From: Prasinococcaceae sp. CCMP 1430 | Lineage: Eukaryota > Plantae > Prasinodermophyta | Direction: 5' to 3' | DNA: 58,191 nucleotides | NCBI GenBank assembly: GCA_013416795.1 | Contig: RQSC01001135.1 | Span: forward strand, 106,410-164,600 | In this document: positions 9,116 through 19,001 of the stretch, piece by piece | How the letters are laid out: the number at the start of each line of letters is the position of its first letter | How positions within the stretch are numbered: position 1 is the stretch's first letter | Program-made: the position numbers and the translations under genes | The notes under the pieces: generated by a model | What the model was told of the DNA's origin: nothing | Database searches by the model: none | Seen by the model: the letters and a program-made list of their open reading frames with translations, nothing else

Positions 9116-11206
9116 CTGCGCAAGCTGCGCGGCGAGGACGCGCTGGCGGCCGCGCTCGCCGGCAGCGGCGACGAGAGCGGCAGCAGCGACGAGGAGGGCG
9201 ACGCCCCACCGCCGCGCGCGATCAACCTATTCGGCATGCTCGGCGACGAGGACGGCGAGGGCGACGACGACTTAAGCGACAGCGACGGAGATGGGGACCG
9301 GGGCGCGGCCGACGGAGCTGCAACGGCCGCGACTGTGGCAGCTGCCGCCGCCAGCGGCGAAGGCGAAAGCAGCAAGAGGAAGAAGAAGAGGAAGAAGAAG
9401 AAGAGCAAGAAGGGCAAAGAAAAGGCAGAAGAAGACCCCGACTCCGTCGAAGCCGCGCTTCGCGACCTCAACATCGAGCCAGTGCAAACCGTGGTCCCGG
9501 GCGCGGGCGATGCGGGCACTGGCGCGGGCGCGCCATCGGACGGTGCAGCCGCGCAGCAGCAGCGCACGTCGTGCCTCGGCGCAGACGTGCACTACTTCAA
9601 AGCCGACGAGGAAATGCGGCGGCTGTTTGGTGCGCAGACGATCCGTGACGCGCGAGCGGAGGACCACGCTGAGGCGGGCGGGCTCCGGCGTCGCCTCGGA
9701 GGTGCTCCGGCAGCTGCGCGGCGTGGTGCTGGTGCAGACCGCAGAGGGAAAGCGGCGGCCGCCGCGCTGCGCGCGACGGCAGCGCAGCACCGGCGGCGCA
9801 AGTGCGTGCTGGTGAACCCAGCGGACGAGTGGCCGCGGTTGTCGCCTTCGCTCGGCCTGACGATGCGCAGCGTCGGCGACGCCGCGCCGGCCGACTTCGG
9901 GGGCTGCGGAGGGCGCGTGTTCCGATACGAGCATTCGCACTCGTACGCGTCCACGCAGGAGCAGTACGAGGCTTACGCAGCCAGTGGCGACCCAAATCTC
10001 ATCGCCATGCTGCTGCGTCAAAATCCGTACCACGTGGAGGCGCTTTTGGGCATGAGCGAGCTCTATAAGTCCTCTGGCGAAGGCACGGCCGCGGGAGAGC
10101 TGCTGGAGCGAGCGCTCTACGCGCTTGAGGCGGCTTTTCATCCTTGGTTCGACGTGGGCGCTGGCGATTGCAGGCTTGAGTACTCGATCGAGGCGAACAA
10201 GCCGCTCTTCAACGCGCTCTTCCGCCAGTGCCAGCTTCTCAATCGCCGTGGCACGCACCGCTCGGCCTTCGAGAGCTGCCGCTTGCTGCTGTCGCTGGAC
10301 CCGAGTGATCCCATGGGCGCGCTCCTGATGGGTGACTTCCTGGCACACCGGGCGCGCCAATTCACTTGGGTGCTCCAGATGGTTGAGGAGATGGGATCGA
10401 AGTGCGCGCTGCTGCTCATGCCCAACTGGGCGCTGACGGTGCCGCTCGCGCGGCTCCGGCTGCTTGCGGGCGACGGCGGCGAAGAGGCCGCCGCCACGCA
10501 CGCAGCCGGGGACACAGAGGAGGATGCGCTCGAGCAACTCTCGCACGGCCTGCTGCTGCACCCGTACATGCTGGTGCGCGTGGCGGCGAAGGCACGCCTT
10601 GACGAGGGCGACGCACGGTGGAAATCGCTGCTCGCGCGTGCTCCCTTTGCGGGCGCGGAATTGGGCCTCGCGAGCGCGAGCGCCGATCGGCTGTCGTCAG
10701 TGGCAGCCGAGCGCCAGCAGCTCCTGTGGAAGGCGCCCGACGCGGCATCCTGGCTTCGGCGAGCCGCGGAGCGCGCGGCGGATCACGCCGAGGGCGGCGC
10801 CCGTGCCAACGCTGACTGGCCATCGATGGCCGACTGGGTGGCCGCCCGCGACCAAGCGTTTCCCCCTGGCGTGCCCAACGCGTACACGCATCTCAACCCG
10901 GCGGACTTCGGTGACAATTTCCTTGCGTTACCGCCGCAGGGGCTCAACGAGGAGGAGCCCGAGGGCGACTTCGCCGACGAGGCGGAGCAGCGTGCCGCGA
11001 TCGAGGCCGTCATGCAGCAGCAGGCGCTCGCTGCTGCGGCGGGCCAGCAACCCGACGTGCAGGAGGGTGAAGGCGCTCTGCAGCTGCTGCTGCGCTCGCT
11101 CTTCGACCCTGCGCTCGCCAACGACGGAGAGGCTCTCGCCGCCCAGCAGGCGCGCGAGGATGCTGCGGACACTGGCGACGACGGCGCGGGACCCGCGGGG
11201 GCATAG
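9116..11206 (+). CDS. TCF25: TCF25/Rqc1 ribosome quality-control factor; a short first exon is probably upstream of 9116
   Basis: The frame is open upstream of the listed ATG (LRKLRGED...NLFGML). YFKADEEMRRLFG; FRYEHSHSY; NPYHVEALLGMSE; LERALYALEAAFHPWF; RRGTHRSAFESCRLLLSLDPSDPMG; MPNWA. An in-frame stop at 9098 requires splicing. Confidence 0.92.
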   Translation: MRKLRGEDALAAALAGSGDESGSSDEEGDAPPPRAINLFGMLGDEDGEGDDDLSDSDGDGDRGAADGAATAATVAAAAASGEGESSKRKKKRKKKKSKKGKEKAEEDPDSVEAALRDLNIEPVQTVVPGAGDAGTGAGAPSDGAAAQQQRTSCLGADVHYFKADEEMRRLFGAQTIRDARAEDHAEAGGLRRRLGGAPAAARRGAGADRRGKAAAAALRATAAQHRRRKCVLVNPADEWPRLSPSLGLTMRSVGDAAPADFGGCGGRVFRYEHSHSYASTQEQYEAYAASGDPNLIAMLLRQNPYHVEALLGMSELYKSSGEGTAAGELLERALYALEAAFHPWFDVGAGDCRLEYSIEANKPLFNALFRQCQLLNRRGTHRSAFESCRLLLSLDPSDPMGALLMGDFLAHRARQFTWVLQMVEEMGSKCALLLMPNWALTVPLARLRLLAGDGGEEAAATHAAGDTEEDALEQLSHGLLLHPYMLVRVAAKARLDEGDARWKSLLARAPFAGAELGLASASADRLSSVAAERQQLLWKAPDAASWLRRAAERAADHAEGGARANADWPSMADWVAARDQAFPPGVPNAYTHLNPADFGDNFLALPPQGLNEEEPEGDFADEAEQRAAIEAVMQQQALAAAAGQQPDVQEGEGALQLLLRSLFDPALANDGEALAAQQAREDAADTGDDGAGPAGA

Positions 11207-11215
11207 CGCGGGCGA

Positions 11216-11220
11216 TGTAA
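11216..11220 (+). terminator. UGUAA-type polyadenylation signal (TCF25); similar signals at 16262, 27131, 29103 (+) and 14187 (-)
   Basis: TGTAA occurs shortly downstream of several stop codons on the coding strand; UGUAA is the established chlorophyte poly(A) signal. Confidence 0.55.
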
Positions 11221-11330
11221 CTCGACATTGATGACGGGCAATGGTGGCGCGGCTGCTCACCCTGGACTTCGGGGACCGCCGGCTGTCTCCGCTTCCGAAA
11301 TTGGGTATGATTTACGCAGACTGATTCCAT

Positions 11331-13017
11331 CTACGTAGCTTTGATCACCTCCTGATTGAGCTGCACGAGGGCACCCCTGAGCTCACTGACGAGCGGCTCA
11401 ACATTGGCCTCGCGTTCACACGCCGCGACGAAGTCCTGCATGGAAAAGATGCTCGCCTCCACCGCCCGCAGCTTGGCCTCCTCCTTGTCGGCCGCCATGA
11501 AGTCCGCATCGGCGTTTTGCTGCGAGAGCTTGGCCTCATACTTGGCGGAGCGGTCCTCGGCAAATGTGCGCATGCCGTCGCGACGCGCGGACAGCGTCGC
11601 GCGAGCCGCCTCCAAGCCCTGCCGCGTGCGTTCCGCCCCTGTTCGCAGGTCGTCGAGCCTGCGGGCACGGCGCGACGCTCGGTCAGCACGGGCGCGGGCG
11701 CGGACACAGGCAAAGGCGGAGGCGCGCCTTCAAAACGCTTTGAGCGCGCTCGCACCTCCCGTAGACCTCGATCTCTTCGCGCATGGTCGCGAGCTTCGTC
11801 TTGAGACTCCCCAGTTCCTTCGATATCTTCTCGTCGAGTGCGCCGATCTTTTGAAGCTCGCCCTTGCGCAGGGCGAGCTCGTCGTCCAGCCGGTCCTGTG
11901 TGGTGGTGGCGTTGTGCAGCTGGCTCTTCTTGAACTCCACCTCCTCCTGCAGCTGCTTGAAGCGCCCCGCGTTCGGCAGCTCCTTGGCCATCTGCAGCTT
12001 CGCACTGCCTCGCTGTAGGGCGGCGAGGATGTTCTGGCGCACTGACGCATTCGCGGCGGCCACCTCATCGCGCTGCTGCGGGAAGGCGTCCATAAAGGCC
12101 TCCATCTCTCGATCCTTGCGCTTGAGCTGTTCCAACTTGTCGGACTGGTCGTCCGCGCGCGCGCTGTTCAGATCCGTCTTGGCGGACGCGAGCTGCTGGC
12201 GCAGCGCCTTGACTTCGCGGTCGGCGGCCTTGATTTCCTCCTCGGCACCCGCGATGTCGGCGTTGTCCTTCTTCATCTGTGCCATCAGCGCCTCCTTGCG
12301 CTCCTCGGGCGACATGTTCGCCTTGGCCTCCTCCGCCGCCAGCTCGCGAGCCTTGTCCTCGACCGTGCGCAGCTGCTCACGCAGGCTGAGTAGGCGCTGC
12401 TTGCCATCGTCGGCGCGCAGCTCGCGCTCCAGCTCGGCACACCTCCTCTTGAGCGTGGCCTCCTCCCCCTCGGCCTTGGCGACGCTCGCCAGGAGCCCGC
12501 GATTCTCCTCCTGCAGCGCAGCGTACTGCTCGCGCATCGCCGGCGCGAGCTCCGTGAGCCGCGCCTCTTGCCGTTGCATGTGCGCGAGGAGCTGCTCCTC
12601 GAGCTCGACGAGGACCTGGTCCTTGGCGGCGCGCTGCCTGTAGGCCGCGTCGGCCTCGCGGCGCGTGGTCGCGAGCTTCTCGTTGGCCACCTTGCCCGCC
12701 TCGCGCAGCTGCTCCAGCCCGTTCGCTGTGCGGTGCTTGTCCAGCACGATGTTGTAGTCAGTGAGCGCGCCCTTGAGCTCCCTGACGCGCGCGCGGAGCT
12801 CGGTCTCGCGCCGCTCCAGCGCGGCGGCCTTGCCGGCGTCCTCGCTCAGCTCCTCGTGCGAGACTTTGAGCGCGTCGATCTCGTGGGCGAGGTCGTGCTT
12901 CTGTCGGTGCAGCTCGTCGAGGAAGAACGACCGGTCGTGCACCTGCCGCCCGGGCCCCGCGCCGCCGCCGCCGCCGCCGCCAATGCCACCGAGTGCCCCC
13001 CCGCCAGTGCCCGTCAT
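11331..13017 (-). CDS. IFT74: Intraflagellar transport protein 74; exons 13017..11756 and 11658..11331; 5' end uncertain
   Basis: RPMTG...GRQVHDRSFFLDELH; ELKGALTDYNIVLDK; DGKQRLLSLREQL; LKRKDREMEAFMDAF; coiled coil; ends KLRAVEASIFSMQDFV..LN. Phase-2 intron 11755..11659 gives YGR/LDDLR in frame. Confidence 0.93.
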
Positions 13018-13087
13018 TGGCCTGGCTGCCGCCGCCGCGAGCGCCGAGGTTGCGCAGCAGGCGCCGGCGCGTCCGGCGACACGCACG

Positions 13088-13624
13088 ATGCTGCACGCAC
13101 CGTGGTCGTTCTGGCACGTCAACCGCGACAGCGGGCGCGGCCCGCGCGGCTCGGCGAAGCAGTCCGCAGCGTACGGGTCCAGCCTGAGCCTCGTCGGCGA
13201 CATCGAGACCGCCGAGGAGTTCTGGGGGGTGTACTGCTATCTGTCGGTGCGTGCCGCCACGACTGCCCGACCACGCTTGCGCGCTCCCCTGCTCGTGCGC
13301 GCGCACCAACGCGCGGGCGGGCGGGCGCTCGGATAGGCCTCGCCTCTGACACGCATGCCGCCTCCCTGTGATCGCCTCGGAAACGTGTGCGCAGCGCGTC
13401 GGGGCGGGCGCTGGCTCGGGCAAGGGCGTGAGCGGTGACGTGTGCCTCTTCCGGCGTGGCGTGCGCCCCATGTGGGAGGACGAGGCAAACGCACGGGGAG
13501 GCAGGGTGCGTCCACGCGCGGACGCGCGAGCTGCTCCCGCACGCCAAGGCACCTGTCAACGCGCGCACTGATGTCCGTACTTGTCGCACGCTGACCGAAC
13601 CCCCCATTCCCCCACCCCCACCCC

Positions 13625-13661
<37 letters not shown>

Positions 13662-13982
13662 CACCTTCCCGCACCCCGGCGCCCCTCGCACGCGCAGGTG
13701 ACTCTCCGCGTGTCGAAGGCTGCGTCCGCCCGCTACTGGGAGGAGCTTACGCTCGCGCTCGTCGGCGAGCAGCTCGCGTTCGGCCATAGCGTGTGTGGCG
13801 CGGTCTTGTCGAGCCGCCCGGGGGACGAGGACGTGCTGAGTGTGTGGACGTGCGATGCGAATGACACGCAGTCCGTCGACAAGCTCCTCGAGGCCGTCCG
13901 AAAGCTGCTCTGCCTTGCGCCCTCGCACAATGTCGAGTACCGCCCGCACGCGGTCAGCGCCAGCTACGCGGCGCACAGGTAA
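13088..13982 (+). CDS. nCBP: eIF4E-family cap-binding protein, class II (nCBP/4EHP-like); exons 13088..13246, 13395..13505, 13698..13982 (alternative in-frame ATG at 12983)
   Basis: LHAPWSFW; YGSSL..IETAEEFWGVY; LFRRGVRPMWEDEANARGG; RYWEELTLALVGEQL..VCGAVLS; EDVLSVW; VEYRPH. Both introns are GT-AG and phase 0. Confidence 0.9.
13626..13659. repeat. (CA)n microsatellite in nCBP intron 2
   Basis: Direct reading of the sequence. Confidence 0.9.
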
Positions 13983-14278
13983 GGCCCGGGGCGCAGCTAG
14001 AAAGGACCTCCGATGGCGGCGGCGCGCGAGCGCGCGCGGTGGCGCACGCTCCAGGCTCAACGCGCACGGCGCCTCTATATGGCGTAAGACAGACATCCCA
14101 TGGCCTCATTGCGCGCGCTGCTCCCGCACGTGCGCTCTACGTCGTATTGCAAAGTACGTGAGCGTGAGTACATGTCTCCATACATATTACATACAGTCGG
14201 TGCGCGGGGCTGCCAGGCGCGCGCGCGCCACGTGGGCCCACGCACGCCTCATCGGCGCGGGCGCCCTGCGCTCTCGCG

Positions 14279-15118
14279 TCAACGAGCGCTGCCGTCGGCG
14301 TTCTGCAGCGCGACCTCCGCCGCGAGCAGCTCGGCGCGCAGCGCGCGAAAGGCCGCCTCCATCCGACTGCGCCGGTCGCCGGTCGCAGAGCCTGCCCTCA
14401 GGTCGTGCTCGAGCGCTTTGTACACCGCGACCTCGTGCGTGCCAACAGGCAGCATCTGCTGCAGCACCTCGGGCTCGTGCGTCAGGAAGTACCAGTCGCA
14501 GTCGAGGACCACGGCATCTCCGCTCGCATCCGGCGCGCACGATGGGTGGAGGCCTCCTCGCAGGGTGGCCAGGGGGCCGGCCACGGGCCTGGCGCGGTCG
14601 TGCTCTGCCCGCTCGAAGGCGCCCCTCGCCCCCCTGCCATCCAGACGTGTCGCGCCCGAGCCCTCCACGAGGTGCTCTGAGCCCAGTGCGACGGTGCGGT
14701 GTTTCTTGTCCTCAGCGGCCGCCGCAGCTGAGCGCTCGCGCGCGCGCGCGCGTTCGGCGTTGCCGAGCTTGGGCTGGGGGCGGAGCTTGCCGACCACGTC
14801 GCCAGCGCGCGCATGCGAGCCGCACACGTCGATGTCCGCTCCGCCCCGCGGCGCGTTTCCACCGGCATTGAGCACGAACGCCTCCTCTGGCCTGCCGTAC
14901 GCGTCTGCGTTGAAGACGCCCACCGCCACGCCGGCGGCGTCGCGTAGCGTGGCGGTCCCTCTGTGGTCCGAGGGCGCGTCCACGTCCGCCTCCACGCCGG
15001 GTGCGTCGCTGTCGAGTTCGAGCGTCACCCCGCCGGCCGCAACGAGCGCTGCCAGCTCCACTGGCAGGCGCATTGTGTAAGCCACCGGCCCGCCACCCGC
15101 CGCGCGTGCTCGCGCCAT
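14279..15118 (-). CDS. Hypothetical protein, possibly a compact ELL/occludin-ELL-like elongation-factor homologue
   Basis: Coding-like ORF from ATG 15118 or 15073. YTMRLPVEL start; KLRPQPKLGNAERARARERSAAAAAEDKKHRTVAL; C-terminal helical YKALE...FRALRAEL. The family call is only a loose resemblance. Confidence 0.5.
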   Translation of the reverse strand: MARARAAGGGPVAYTMRLPVELAALVAAGGVTLELDSDAPGVEADVDAPSDHRGTATLRDAAGVAVGVFNADAYGRPEEAFVLNAGGNAPRGGADIDVCGSHARAGDVVGKLRPQPKLGNAERARARERSAAAAAEDKKHRTVALGSEHLVEGSGATRLDGRGARGAFERAEHDRARPVAGPLATLRGGLHPSCAPDASGDAVVLDCDWYFLTHEPEVLQQMLPVGTHEVAVYKALEHDLRAGSATGDRRSRMEAAFRALRAELLAAEVALQNADGSAR

Positions 15119-15386
15119 GGCTCGTGGACCGACGCGCGCGAGGGCGGAAGCGCGAGGGAATGACCGGGGATTCCTAGCTCGCAGCGCTAGCTGGCGCGAG
15201 CGCCGCGCTCCGAGTGGGGAGTGCCCCGGCGAGCGCCGTGCGCCCTCTGGCCGCCCCTCTCCCTGCACCCGTGCTGCTGCGCAGCCCCCGCCGGCCGGCG
15301 ACCGTGCCTGGGGGCCGCCGGCCGCGCGCCTGCCAAAACCCAAACAAAAAGTTTGGCTCTTTGAGGTTTTGGTTTTCCGCCCTACG

Positions 15387-16155
15387 ATGCCTACCATGAT
15401 GGTATGCTCGGCGCGCTTTGCAGACCCTGTACGGGGGAAACGCATGCGGTTTGACCTTTGGCAGAGTGCGCACGAAAACGCAGACGCAAACGCGGCGCGC
15501 GCGGTGTGCCTGCGTGTGTCGACGCTGGCGCGAGGTCGCGTGCGCCGACGCACTGTGGCGGCAGTGGTCCGCCGAAGCCTGGCCCGAGGACTCGCTCGCC
15601 GCGAGGGCCGCGCCCCCCGGGGAGGCGTGGAGGCGCAACGCGGGCCGGCGCGCGCTCGCGGCCATTCAGAACAGGGCCAACGGCGCGCGAGAGATGGGCC
15701 CTGGCGCGCTCAAGCTCAAGCTGGATGCGCCGCCGGCGCGCGGCGAAAGGGCTCGAGCGGGCGAGGGCGGCGGCGGCGAGAGCGCCGGCGCGTCGCTCGC
15801 CCGGTGGAAGGGGTACTACGAGCGGCGCATGCGGCGCGTGCGGGCGGGGGGCAATGGCGTGTTCCTGGTGCGCGAGGGGGCGCGCGTCTTCAAGGTAGAC
15901 GACGGCCGCATCGTGGGCGAGGTCACCTGGAGCGCGGCGCTGGGAGCAAGGGCCGCGGAGGCCTTCGGCAGTGGCGTGGGCGGGGACGGCAATGGCGCGT
16001 GTGCCTCTCCGCTGGACTGGCTGTTGGGGGACGCGGGGAGGTGCGAGCTCAGCCGGGGAGTCGAGTACATGCTTCAGGCGAAGGAGCTCGCCGTGCGTAA
16101 CATCACAGGCGCGCCCACGTGGCGCGCCCCGGACGCAGCGCACCCATCCGGGTGA
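15387..16155 (+). CDS. Hypothetical protein with a partial F-box-like motif; possible micro-exon 15387..15401 then 15484..16155
   Basis: CACVCRRWREVACADALWRQ matches the second half of an F-box; the LP..L first half was not found; YYERRMRR downstream. Confidence 0.5.
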
Positions 16156-16279
16156 GCTCTCCGTGTGGCGGTCGGCCGCACCCTCGCCCCAGCAGAGTGG
16201 GGGTTGATAATTAAGCGGAGCTTGCCGGCGAGGTCGCGTCGCGCGTCGTGCGTTTCGGACGTGTAAGAAAGGCATTCCA

Positions 16280-18278
16280 TCAGGAGAAGACCATGTCCTC
16301 CATGCCCTTCTGCAGGCCCCAATTTTGCCGGAGCCACTGCGAGTATGCCATCGGCGAGCCGGGGTCGCCGCGCACGGCGATGGCCTCCTGCTCTCGCGCG
16401 CGCTCCTCAACTGCGTACAGCGCAAAAAGCAGCATGACGTAGTAGCGGTGCAGGGAGCGCAACGCTCGCACTGCCCAGTAGTCCGCGGTACGGGAGTCTG
16501 ACGCACGCTCGGCAACCTGGCTGCTGGCGGAGTCGCGCGCGGCGCGCACAGCTTGGCGACGAGCGCGCTCTGGCGCGCTGCGAATGCAATGCACGGCATC
16601 ACAGTGCGCAATGGCATCATCCAAGCGGGCCTTCACCTCCATCCCTTTCCGCACACCCAGCTGACGCAGGAGCCATAGCACGGGCGGAAACTCAGCGCGG
16701 TCGGGGTCGCCAACGCGCGAGCCTGCGAATGCCGCCGGGGGCTCCATCAAATGTGCAGGCGGCTCGACGCCGTTGCGCAGCCGCCACAGCAGGCATCCAA
16801 TCACCATTCCCATCGTGGCGCGATGCTTGCCTGTGTCACAAATGAACAGCAGCGCAGCGTCAACGCTGCTGCCCTCGTCGGCAGCGATCTTGCCGCCCGC
16901 GCGGAAGGCCCTCCAGCACGCATCTGCGATGGTGTCGAGCGCTCTGTCGTCAGGTGCCACGTCTGGCAGCGCAGTTGGGGCCCTAAGCAGCTCGGCGGCG
17001 GGCTGCGGCGGCAGCGAGCCGACGGCCTCCTCGAACGTTTTGAATGCGTCGCGCCCCGTGGCTATCACTTGGCGCGAAGCGATTTCGCCCGTAGACTCCT
17101 CGAAAGAAACCGCCAGCGAATCGCCCGCATCTGCGGCTGCCGCCGCACACTCCCCGCGCAGCCTGCGCTCCCGCCGCTCGAGTGACCACCTGCCCCCTGC
17201 GGGGTCGAAGGCGCCGCCGCTCGTGGCCGCGCCTCCTACCGGAGCGCCTGCCAGCGCGTGCCGTTCGCGTACCGTGCATGGCTTGTCACCGACGTATACC
17301 ACTGGCTCCGAACGCAGGGAGATGATCAGCACACGCCGGTGGGCATTATGCCGCAGCCCTTCCATGATGCGCCGCAGGCCCGACAGGGTGCACTGGCCGG
17401 CGCCGTAGACCGGGTCGCGGTCCTTGCAGCGCCGAAAATTCCACGCCCCCTGGTACAGCACCGCTCCCAGGCTCTCAGTGTGCACATCCCCCCACTCGTC
17501 GGCCTTGAGCGCCCGAGAACCAAGCACTTTCTGCGGCCAGTCTTGGAGCAGGTCACGAGGCGGCGGCGCGCTCGTGGCCAGCCAGTGGCTGAGCCAGCGG
17601 TATGGGTCGACCGGCTGAGCGGTGTACATCTCGGCGAGCGCCTCTACCAGCCCAGGCATCACCGTCTCAAGCAAAAAGTCCTGCGGCGAGAGGCTGTCGA
17701 GCGGGCCGCTCGGGAAAAGCAGTGCGATCTCGCGCGTGGCATCGGCGACGGTGGCGCTGGCGTGCACAGCGTTCCGGAGCGAGTCGGTGCCGTACAACGC
17801 GCGCAGTGACGATGGCGCAGAGTCTCGCGCCTCTTGCGGGTCTGTGGGGCCGCACAGCGCTCTCCAGCGCCGCACTGCACCCACTCCGCTCAGCACCATG
17901 GCATGACACTCGCTGCTGGACATGAAGTCGACCAGTACGCGGAAGGACGCCTGCGACTCGCGCCTGCGCCAGCGCGCGCGTGGGCGAACGTGCGCACAGT
18001 TGGTATAATTGCGCGTCAGGCGAGCACGCCGTGCCAACCAAGACGATCAGAGGGGAGCGCAGGCGTGCCCCCACGCGCAGTAGCGCTCGCGCGCGCAGCA
18101 GCGGTCCCGGTGCGCGCGCCGCGCCGACGCACTTGAGGTAGAGGCCGCTTGCGACTTCCGGCGTCAGTCGGGTGTCGATCCCGCGGCTCACGAATAGCCC
18201 TGCATTCTCGGCGATTGTCACGATGGCGTCGCGCGCGGCGAGCGCATCGGGCTTCACCAACGCAAGCGTTGCCTCCAT
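16280..18278 (-). CDS. NME5-type nucleoside diphosphate kinase + Dpy-30 motif fused to a paladin-like PTP/phytase-fold phosphatase (609 aa); exons 18278..18133 and 17963..16280
   Basis: NDK: TLALVKPDA, LVDFMSS, WRALCGPTDP, LRALYGTDSLRNAVHAS. Dpy-30: FLLETVMPGLVEALAEMYTAQPVDPYRWLSHWL. Paladin-like: GAWNFR, VYGAGQ, LRSEPVVYV, FICDTGKHRATMGMVI (CX5R), LDDAIAHC, LHRYYVMLLFALY. Phase-2 intron 18132..17964. Confidence 0.88.
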
Positions 18279-19001
18279 TGCGCCCGCTGCCCTCCCCTTC
18301 CGCCCTCCAGCTCCCCACTCATCCACCCAGCCACCCACCCACAGCGTATGAGCGCTGCCGCGCGATCCGCGCCGCCAAACGCAGCACTCCCGCGCTCGCG
18401 CCGCTGGCGCCGCTGTCGCCCCGCTCGCTCTCATCCCCCTTCCACGCCGGACGCGGTGGCAGCATGCGCTCAACCTGCATCTGGCGCGGCCGCGCCGCGG
18501 AGGCAAAGGCGGCAGCGGGGCGGCGCCGGCGCCGCGGAGCGCGCCTCGCCGCCCGGGGGAACTTTTTGAATTTGTGCGGGAAAATCGCGACCGCGCGGCG
18601 GTGCCGGTGCCGCCGGTGTTGGCAACCGGCGATGAAATTCTTGGCATGAATTAAAACTCATATGTAATCGGCAGAACCTCCGTCGAAAATGGCGGGATGA
18701 CGCACGCGGTTCGTTCGGCGCCGATGTTCCCCCGTGCGCTCGCCCGCACCGCCCGGGGGAGCGGCGGCAGTGCGCGCGCGCGGCGGGCGGGCGCGCGAGA
18801 GAGGGGCGGAGAGGAGGTGAGGAGCGCGCAGGACGGCGTCGGCTCTCGCAGCAGCGCGCGCGCTCGAGCGAGAGCCCCCTTTGTCTTTACGAGCGGAAGC
18901 GTGGGCTGGCGAGTGCGGGCACGGATCTGACGCGCGCTGTTCTGACGCGCGGGCGTGTGCGCCCTCGCGTTGCTGCCGCCTCGAATCCAACTTTGCAGTC
19001 A

